Notes under the pieces: model-generated
Databases searched by the model: none
Told to the model about the DNA's origin: nothing
What the model saw: only the letters and a program-made list of their open reading frames with translations
Program-made: the position numbers and the translations under genes
Shown: piece by piece, positions 8,983 through 16,331 of the stretch
Layout: every line of letters begins with the position of its first letter
How positions within the stretch are numbered: position 1 is the stretch's first letter
Assembly (NCBI GenBank): GCA_947253655.1
Contig: CAMYAE010000005.1
Span: 5,078-69,077 of the forward strand
Reading direction: 5' to 3'
Origin: an uncultured Bacteroidales bacterium
GTDB lineage: Bacteria > Bacteroidota > Bacteroidia > Bacteroidales > UBA932
DNA length: 64,000 bases

Positions 8983-9604
8983 GATACTGTTTCAAAAAGT
9001 GTGTCTGAGAAGAGCTAAAAAAGAAAGTCTACGGATTTCTTTGTGTTTGTAAACACAAAACAAGAACTCTAAAAAAACGTAGACTTATGTATTTCACAAA
9101 GGAACAACTTTCCGAGGTATTATGCAAGCATGCGGAAAGAGAAAATGGTATCCAGGACCTGCTGGAGATAATGATTGAGAGTATGCTGGTCGCTGAAAGG
9201 TCCGAATACCTGCGAGAGGATGCATTGCCTGGTAATAAGAGAAACGGGTACAGAATGGGTCACACCTACGGTCAGGGACGGGCTCTTATATTCCGTATAC
9301 CCCGATATAGGTATGGCAACTTTCATCCTCAGATACTGGCTGTCCTGCACAATCAGGAGGACGAATGCGAGTGCTTGGCCGGCACCCTGTATGGCAAGGG
9401 CCTGACTCAGGAGCAGGTTGGCGAGGTGTTCAACGACATCTATGGGGAACACTACGGCAAGGCAAGCATTTTGAGGATGCCGGATTACCTTCGGAAAGAT
9501 GTCCAGGAGTGGCTGGGCCGCAGTTTGGACGCTTACTCTCCGAATCCTGTTCATAGATTGTGTGCACATCAAGACACACCGCAAACAATAATCTATGAAA
9601 GGGA
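8983..9604 (+). mobile_element. IS256-family (mutator-type) element, ~0.6 kb internal-deletion derivative, copy A
   Basis: Left terminus GATACTGTTTCAAAAAGTGTGTCTGAG. Encodes a transposase N-terminal 150 aa (GYRMGHTYGQGRALIFRIPRYRYGNFHPQ...) which then breaks off. The right end ...AAGACACACCGCAAACAATAATC resembles the inverse of the left IR. Near-identical inverted copy at 18457-19058. Confidence 0.65.
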
Positions 9605-9632
9605 ATTTTTCTTTTATATGTCTGTTGAGTGA
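9087..9632 (+). pseudogene. IS256-family transposase, N-terminal fragment only
   Basis: Transposase_mut-like N-terminal region. Similarity to copy B stops after ...GRSLDAYSP. Confidence 0.6.
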
Positions 9633-9869
9633 AAGCATAAATTCGCTTGGTTCATACAAAAAATCATATTTCAAATCTTCATTTAATTTGTATTTCCCGT
9701 ATGAAACTCTGATGATTTTGTTCTCTGCAAGCATCCTATTCAAAAGCACAACAAGAGAACCTTCTGATATGTTTTTCATACCAGAACGCACCGCATTCAG
9801 CAGGTCTTTTCTTGTGAATAGCCCGTTCTGTTTCCGAGCAATATCTATTATTTGATTTACAGTTGTCAT
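9605..9869 (-). pseudogene. AbiEi-like (type IV TA antitoxin) N-terminal wHTH remnant, truncated by IS insertion
   Basis: MTTVNQIIDIARKQNGLFTRKDLLNAVRSG...IIRVSYGKYKL matches the AbiEi_4 N-terminal domain pattern. After ~88 aa the reading frame runs antisense into the IS256-like element. The 249-aa track ORF 9120..9869 is this chimera. Confidence 0.5.
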
Positions 9870-9989
9870 TGTTGTTCTTGAATTATACTTTATCCTGTTT
9901 TACAATTCCTACTACCTTGCTATTTTACCTATTTATATTATCACAATATTGTGAACTTATTCAGCAGTACGTATGCTTACCTTGATTCG

Positions 9990-10640
9990 CCCTGGGAAGC
10001 AACCTTCGAGCAGCTTCCTGCGTATGTCACAGCAGATCTCCCAGTCCCGCGAGGCGGAAACCAATCCCATCAGGACTGCTTCGGTATGGGAGTGTGCCAC
10101 CTTGATAGAAAGATATTTACGATGAATCGCCGTGTAGCAGTATTCTGGGATACCGGCCGATAGCCTTTAGCCTTAGGGAAGATGAGTGGCAGCACCACGG
10201 GTAAGATTTCCGGAGCAAACCTCTTCACCTGTCTGAACTACTGGATTGTCGCCTGCGATGGCTCTCCGGAGACCAACCCGCCCACTCTCGTGTGTCGAGA
10301 ACCCTTCCTCTGCCACCATTGTGTGCCATTGCAACGTCTTAACCTTCAAGCTTGACCAAGCTATCGCTGATATAAGCGGTATCTTCCTAGGCATCGAGGC
10401 TTCCGAAAGTCAGTCCAATGGTGTGAGCCGTGCCCACAGCAAGTCCGCACAGATCAAGATGGTCGAAGTTTCCGAAGCCACCGCAATCGTCCTCTCCTTG
10501 CCGACAACATTGCCAAAAAAGGCATGCCCAGCACTACGCTGCTCCGAAGATTTTCTTCCGCTACTACTACGTCAACTACTCCACCTGTGAGAAGTCAGGC
10601 ATTATGCTGGCGGAGACCACCTGGACCGCTGGTGAATAGA
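9990..10640 (+). pseudogene. Degraded paralogue (copy A) of the secreted-protein gene at 15540-16300; multiple frameshifts
   Basis: ~70% nucleotide identity with the reverse complement of 15540-16300. Conserved peptide segments (ATFEQLP / IEASE / KIFFRYYYVN...EKSG) lie in three different frames. Confidence 0.45.
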
Positions 10641-10767
10641 TCAAATCTATGTAGTTCTCCCGGAAATTCTAAACCAATCCCTTTGCAGCTTTAGCGATTA
10701 CAGAGTGATTCATTTATCATTTTCGTGACCTCACGAAAATGATCCAAATGCTCTTAAGTGAGTTGTT

Positions 10768-11634
10768 TTACCTATTTTTCGGAAGCTTTGCAGAAGCCTT
10801 CTCAATCTTCTTCTGTTCTGAGGCGACTCGACGTTCTAATTTTTTAATATCCTCGGCGGGCGGTAATTCTTCCGGACGAATACCTCGTTGGCCTAACATA
10901 TCACGCACACTTTTATTATTTTGCATGTGTTCACGAGTAATGGTTGGCTCACCATATAGATTCTTCCCCTTGACATTATAATTAGTCATCTCTGTTGCCA
11001 GGTTTTTGGCTGCTATGGTCAGGGTAGGGAGAAAGTCAGCCAAAGGCCGATTATCTTTGACACCGAGACGTTTTTTCATATCCTCGGTAGTATGTCCACC
11101 AAATAGAACTGCATCACCCTTCGAACGAATTCTGCCAAATCCCTTATCATCGACTCCTCGCTCATAGATATGTTGAGATAGTTGCTTCTCAGACGCACGA
11201 AGTCTATCCCGAGATTCAAGGCGTGCAATGTAGTTAAGGCGTTCTTCAATTAATTCAGCTTTACGTGTCTGAACAGCAAAATAACTTTGTGCAAAGGCTA
11301 TCTCTTCTTTCTTTGGATCGCCATTCTGAGCAATCAAGTAACATGCAAATCTTGTTAGCATGTAATCCTTGATGTCACGTTCCGCTCCTTTGGCAAGGGT
11401 TATCATTTTCGTGACTTCACGAAAATGATCGTCAACATTGATTCCCTGAGTATTACATGACTCAACAGCTCTATTGATGGCTGTCTGGAAATTCTCCCAT
11501 CTGGCATACCCGAGAACCTTTTGAAGATCTCTTGCAAACCAAACTTCGACTTGTTCATTTCCGTTGTCGCTTTCAATGTATGTGGCAATACTATCAAAAG
11601 CAGATTTGTATTGAATGATAATCTTTTTATCCAT
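10768..11634 (-). CDS. dinD: DNA-damage-inducible protein D-like (Bro-N / DinD family)
   Basis: WFARDLQKVLGYARWENFQTAINRAVESCNTQGINVDDHFREVTKMI...YLIAQNGDPKKEEIAFAQSYFAVQTR matches the DinD N-terminal pattern (RDLQ..LGY..W..F..AI.RA..SC). Confidence 0.7.
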   Translation of the reverse strand: MDKKIIIQYKSAFDSIATYIESDNGNEQVEVWFARDLQKVLGYARWENFQTAINRAVESCNTQGINVDDHFREVTKMITLAKGAERDIKDYMLTRFACYLIAQNGDPKKEEIAFAQSYFAVQTRKAELIEERLNYIARLESRDRLRASEKQLSQHIYERGVDDKGFGRIRSKGDAVLFGGHTTEDMKKRLGVKDNRPLADFLPTLTIAAKNLATEMTNYNVKGKNLYGEPTITREHMQNNKSVRDMLGQRGIRPEELPPAEDIKKLERRVASEQKKIEKASAKLPKNR

Positions 11635-11766
11635 TTCCTAAGTACGTTAATATGCGAATTTACTGATTTTTCCCATACCCTACAATGTTTAAACAGAAAT
11701 AATAGAAGACTTCTGCTGATATTGGCTACGGTAGCCAGTGACATCGTTGAGCAGGTTGAAACGTCC

Positions 11767-12619
11767 TTATATCTGACACGAATTCGAGCCGCCGCCAATG
11801 ATAGAGGCATCGTTAGGTACGCGAATATGGACCACGGCGGAATCACACGATGCGTCCGCGAGATAATTCCGAAGCATACACGGGTGACAACCCTTGCCTG
11901 ACATGGTCAGTTGGAGTTTGGCCTGCAGACGATACCGCCCCGGATACTCTTCACCGCTGGGAGAGCGGAACATCAGCTTGGTCTCGGAACACGTGGCGTC
12001 CAGTAGCAACCGCTTGAGGGCGTCAAGGTCCTTAACGTTGTCGAATTTGAGACAACGGTATCCGCTGTGCTCCACCAACTTGTCATTGACCCGCTCTGAG
12101 ACGACTCCAGAGAAGGTGCTATAGGCGAAGTAGGACGCCTTATAGTTGTGTCTCGTGTTCTTGTCCTCGATGGAGTGCAGTTTCTCGGTCTCGGCCTGAG
12201 CGTAGTGACCGGTGATGTAGTTCCAGTCATCTAGCAGCGTGCTGGACTTGTGGGAAGTCTTGTTGGTGGCTGGAGCCTTGAAGAAAGAGAAGGAGGGGAG
12301 CGGCTTTACCGGGACCGCGTTGCAGCCGAATGGACTGTAGCCAGCCTCAGGCAGGAGATAGAGGTCTTCGTTGATGGGCGATGAGCAGATCCTGTCCGTC
12401 TTTCTTCCAGTACAACTTTGCGAAGTCAAAGCAGTAGCCATCGGTGATGGCGTCGAACTGGTCTTTGTGTCGGGCGATTTCATCGGAGAGTTTCTGCTCC
12501 GCATGAAGTTTTTCCGTACAGGCGTGGAGGGTCTTGCTGCCATCGGCAAACGGATTCCTGTAGATGCCGCATTCGCGACCGGAGATTTTCATCACGATTC
12601 TGCCGGCAGTTCCTGCCAT
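11767..12619 (-). pseudogene. Hypothetical protein, apparently frameshifted (N-terminal 12619-12347 in one frame, C-terminal 12230-11767 in another)
   Basis: Protein-like N-terminus MAGTAGRIVMKISGRECGIYRNPFADG... and protein-like C-terminus ...LKFDNVKDLDALKRLLLD... are joined only by a frame change near 12340-12360. No family recognised. Confidence 0.35.
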
Positions 12620-12818
12620 TTGCTATTTTCCGATGCATACTTTGCGAAGGATTGATACTCAATAATATAGCAAAGTTGTGATACAAATGTGGTACATTGT
12701 TCAATGATAGCAAAAATTGATATTAATTGCTTGTTGAAATGTTCCAATATGCGAAGATACAAAAACATTTTTTCCACTGAAGATATTTAGGTAACTTTGC
12801 GTATCTAAGCGTTGTAAT

Positions 12819-13925
12819 ATGAACATTGATGTAAATAAACTCTTTGCTTCTAGCGATCTTGAATGCAAGGTCGTTGCCGGATGGACTATCGTTAATAAGC
12901 TTGCTGCACCTGACAAAAGTAAAAATGAAACTGGAGGGAATTTCTCAACATGTTACAAAGTTGAGAAGGATGGCGTGGTTGCCTTTATGAAGGTCCTTGA
13001 TTATGCCAAGATTATGATGCTATATGGTCAACTCACACCCCAGATAATGCAGCGTGCATCATCTGAATTTAATTATGAGAAGGCCCTTTCTGAATACTGT
13101 GTAAATAGACGTGTTTCTAAAGTCGTTCATTATATTGAGTCCGGGGATGTTCTGCTCGATGGTTATATAGTCAATGGTAGCGTCTCATTTATTATTTATG
13201 AGATGGCAGATGGTGATATTCGTAAGGTCCTTGATTTGTCCTCTAAAGCCGAATTGGCGGCAAGGATTAATTCTCTGTCAACAAAGTTGAATTCGCTCCA
13301 CGATGTGTCTGTTGGGTTAAGTCAACTTCATATGAATGATATTTCACATCAAGATATTAAGCCATCCAATATCCTCTCGATTAAAGGCGAATCCAAAATC
13401 GGAGATCTGGGTAGATCAATATGTTTTGATTCCAGTGTAAGTTGCCCTTATTCTGCTCTCTTTAATGGAGATAAAAATTATGCCGCCCCAGAATGCTATT
13501 ATCCGGACTTTGTAAGTAGTATAGAAAGCCTCTATCAGATTGATAATTATATGCTTGGCGGATTAATTGCTTACTATATAACTGGACTTACTTTCAATGC
13601 GTTGATGAACAATCATCTTCCTGACGTGCTTCAATTTTCTAAATTTCGGAGTATTCAGACACAAACATATTGCAATGTTTTGCCAGATATGATGAATGCA
13701 TACCAGAAAGCGCTTAAAGACTTCGAGAACGAAATTCCAATAGATGAGGTTAAAGTCGGGCTAGTGTCCCTTGTCGCATATCTGTGTAATCCAGACCCAA
13801 ACCGACGTGGTCACCCAAAGAATGTATTGGAGACATCCCGCACGCCAAATTATGATTTGCAGAGGACAATACAGGAACTTGATGTTTTGCAGAAGAAAGC
13901 TGAGTTGGCTTTAATTAAGAAATAG
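12819..13925 (+). CDS. Eukaryotic-like Ser/Thr protein kinase (stand-alone kinase domain, 368 aa)
   Basis: Complete ePK motif set: VAFMKV (VAxK), HQDIKPSNIL (catalytic loop), IGDLG (DFG-like), YAAPE, DNYMLGG. No TM segments. Low-GC gene. Confidence 0.8.
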   Translation: MNIDVNKLFASSDLECKVVAGWTIVNKLAAPDKSKNETGGNFSTCYKVEKDGVVAFMKVLDYAKIMMLYGQLTPQIMQRASSEFNYEKALSEYCVNRRVSKVVHYIESGDVLLDGYIVNGSVSFIIYEMADGDIRKVLDLSSKAELAARINSLSTKLNSLHDVSVGLSQLHMNDISHQDIKPSNILSIKGESKIGDLGRSICFDSSVSCPYSALFNGDKNYAAPECYYPDFVSSIESLYQIDNYMLGGLIAYYITGLTFNALMNNHLPDVLQFSKFRSIQTQTYCNVLPDMMNAYQKALKDFENEIPIDEVKVGLVSLVAYLCNPDPNRRGHPKNVLETSRTPNYDLQRTIQELDVLQKKAELALIKK

Positions 13926-13926
13926 T

Positions 13927-15453
13927 ATGGCATCATTTAAGGAGGATGAGAAAAGAAACGTAGTCCCTAACTGGAGAGATTACAATAAGACCGCTAAACT
14001 CGGTGAGTTTGGCAGTTCTCCTATTGCTACCCAACCTCTTGAACTGTTCCCTATAGACGAATATGTTGTAGCCTGGCAGAATAATAAGAGTGTATCTTTT
14101 GCTGGCGATTTACTGTCAGCCGCCATTTTGAATGGACATCAATCAAACCCATATGCAATAGAGGCCGCTAAATTTGTGATCGCTCACAAAGATGAGGCTA
14201 CGAATGTTCTTGTAAGGACTGCACAATCGGTGATTGCGACACCGGAAGAAAAGGCTGCTGCTGCTCAATTGACAGTCCCTCAAAAAATAGCTCAGATCCA
14301 AAATCAAGAAGAAGCTGTTCGAAATGAAATAAAGTTGCTTAAACAAAGCCGAGACTACTGCTGCTATAATCCGATTGCTTTTTGTGAAATGGCCAGGTGC
14401 TATGTTACACTGGGACAATTTGACAAGGCAAAAGAGGCTATGGAAGTGGCTCTCCATCTTGCACCAAATCATAGATACATTTGCCGTTCTGCCGCTCGTC
14501 TCTATCTTCACCTTATGGATGAGGACCGTGCAAGATATATTATTGCCAAGAATCCAGCATTACTCCACGATCCATGGCTTCTTGCATCAGAAATCGCTGT
14601 TAATACATTAATGGGCAGAACTTCTCGCCACATCAAAAAAGGTTCAGAGCTGATTGCTTCTCAGAATTACTCTCCTTTTAGCATTAGTGAACTTTCAAGC
14701 GCTATTGGTTCTGTTGAAATGATTAATGGCAACAAAAAGAAGTGTCGTTCATATTTCAAAACTGCTTTACAAAAGCCAAATGACAATAGCCTTGCGCAGG
14801 CAAGGTTCCTTCTTTCTAAAAACGCCGACTTGACTTTTGAATTCGGAGATGATATTGCTATTCCTAACGCTTTTGAAGCTGATGCGATTACCGCATATAT
14901 CTCAGACGATTACGCCAAATCATTAATTACAGCAGTTGATTGGATTGAAGATATGCCTTTTACAAGAAGGCCTGTCCAGTTCGCAGCAAATATTGCATAT
15001 TCATTCTTAAAGGACTATGGTACTGCCATCGATATTCTTGACCTGGGGCTGAAGTCTAATCCCAATAATCCTATGCTCTTGAATAATAAGGCGTATGCGT
15101 GTGCCTTATCTGGTAAAACACTTGAAGCGGAGCGAGCTATTCAGGAAGCCAAAAAGTTGCAGTTACCCCCGGATGCACAGGTCTGTCTGATTGCTACAGA
15201 AGGATTAACGGAATATAGAAAAGGCAATATCGATGAAGGGCGTAGATTATATACTGAAGCAATACAGTTAGCAAAGTCGTCTTTCCCTGATCCTCGCATT
15301 GCGAATACTGCTCTTTTGAATTTTACAAGAGAAGAAGCTCGGGCTGATGAAGCTTTTGATAAATCAGTTCTTGATGTCATAGACAAGATCCCCAATGATT
15401 GCAAGGAAACTGTTCAGTTAAAAATGGACATTAAAGCCGAAATTAAAGATTAG
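13927..15453 (+). CDS. TPR-like helical repeat protein (508 aa), translationally coupled to the kinase
   Basis: ATG lies 1 nt after the kinase TAG (AAATAGTATGGCA). Repeated amphipathic helix pairs (…LGQFDKAKEAMEVALHLAPNHRY…, …LGLKSNPNNPMLLNNKAYA…). Confidence 0.7.
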   Translation: MASFKEDEKRNVVPNWRDYNKTAKLGEFGSSPIATQPLELFPIDEYVVAWQNNKSVSFAGDLLSAAILNGHQSNPYAIEAAKFVIAHKDEATNVLVRTAQSVIATPEEKAAAAQLTVPQKIAQIQNQEEAVRNEIKLLKQSRDYCCYNPIAFCEMARCYVTLGQFDKAKEAMEVALHLAPNHRYICRSAARLYLHLMDEDRARYIIAKNPALLHDPWLLASEIAVNTLMGRTSRHIKKGSELIASQNYSPFSISELSSAIGSVEMINGNKKKCRSYFKTALQKPNDNSLAQARFLLSKNADLTFEFGDDIAIPNAFEADAITAYISDDYAKSLITAVDWIEDMPFTRRPVQFAANIAYSFLKDYGTAIDILDLGLKSNPNNPMLLNNKAYACALSGKTLEAERAIQEAKKLQLPPDAQVCLIATEGLTEYRKGNIDEGRRLYTEAIQLAKSSFPDPRIANTALLNFTREEARADEAFDKSVLDVIDKIPNDCKETVQLKMDIKAEIKD

Positions 15454-15460
15454 AAAAATA

Positions 15461-15497
15461 CGCCCGCCTCGATTCGCATCGGAGCGGGTGTTTTCGA
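15461..15497 (+). terminator. Weak putative rho-independent terminator after the kinase-TPR operon
   Basis: GCCCGC-N16-GCGGGT hairpin (one G-U pair) followed by GTTTTCG. Confidence 0.3.
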
Positions 15498-15539
15498 TAA
15501 GAATACCCTTGCGGGAAGGTGGAATCCACGCTGAACTAC

Positions 15540-16272
15540 ATCAGCTTGCCCTGGGCGAGGATTTCTCCTGACTTTTCGCCGGTTGCGGTGTTGACGAAGA
15601 AGTACTTGAAGAAGACCTTCGGATCTCCGGCAGAAGGAGTGCCACACTTGGCCTCGTAGCTGGACTTGATGTCGATAGCATCGGTGGACGGAGTGACAGG
15701 TGCACCAAATGTGGCAGCTTTGCCGTAAGCACGAGTGATACCGTTGCCCTGAGGTTCGGAAGCCTCGATGACGAGCTTGAGGTTGGTGGTGTCAGCTGGA
15801 GCGCTGGAGAGAGTAAACGTAATAGTACTTGAACTGATGACAATGACAGCGGGTGCAGGTGCCTCGACACCGGTGAGAGTAGGAGGGTTGGCCATTACGG
15901 AACCGCCACAGTAGACTACCCAGTAGTTGAGCCTCATAATGAGGTTCGCACCGGAAATCTTGCTTTTGGTGCCGAGAACCGACTTGCCTTTCTGGGTATT
16001 GTGCATTGGTGAGACCCTTCCAGCCCTGCGAGAGCTGATTGAAGGTTGCCTTGACGGAAGACGGTACCGCCGATGCCGAAGGAGTGATTTCTTGAAGTAG
16101 AGAGCCCTGAAATCACTGAGAAAGCACACAGCTGTGCTGCTAAGGCTGCGGATAAAGACAGGAATCTCGACACCTCTACTGTATTACCAAGCGGAGCGAG
16201 TTTTGAAAGACCGGAGGTTTGTCGATCGGAGTGAAACGGAGAGCGCCAAAATTCCGGTTCCGCTCTGCCCAT
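15540..16272 (-). pseudogene. Secreted-protein paralogue copy B (signal-peptide-like N-terminus). The coding sequence is spread over 3 frames, so it is either frameshifted or carries sequencing errors.
   Basis: N-terminus RFLSLSAALAAQLCAFSVISG (signal peptide-like). C-terminal 130 aa are intact in one frame (...IEASEPQGNGITRAYGK...KVFFKYFFVNTATGEKSGEILAQGKLM). A middle segment (KATFNQLSQGWKGL) is only in a third frame. Confidence 0.45.
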
Positions 16273-16331
16273 TAAGGGGCGTCTTCCGGCATCGCAGTGG
16301 ATGCAAAGGTGCTGGACACCTTGCCTGTAGT

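Noticed and set aside
9120-9869. 249-aa ORF on the minus strand that looks like a full-length protein
   Set aside because: Only the first ~88 codons (AbiEi-like) are genuine. The remainder is the antisense reading of the IS256-like element (9087..9632 +) and has no protein-like character.
11403-11901. ORFs 11403..11846 (-) and 11521..11901 (+) overlapping dinD and the spacer
   Set aside because: Alternative-frame or antisense overlaps of the clearly homologous DinD frame. No motifs.
15541-15870. 109-aa S/P/L-rich ORF on the minus strand
   Set aside because: Alternative frame of the intact C-terminal coding region of paralogue B; low-complexity.
9990-16300. Possibility that the two similar segments are a DGR template/variable repeat pair
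   Set aside because: Identity is only ~70% with substitutions at all four bases and indels, not adenine-specific. No reverse transcriptase gene is present, and the similarity spans the whole gene rather than a short C-terminal VR.
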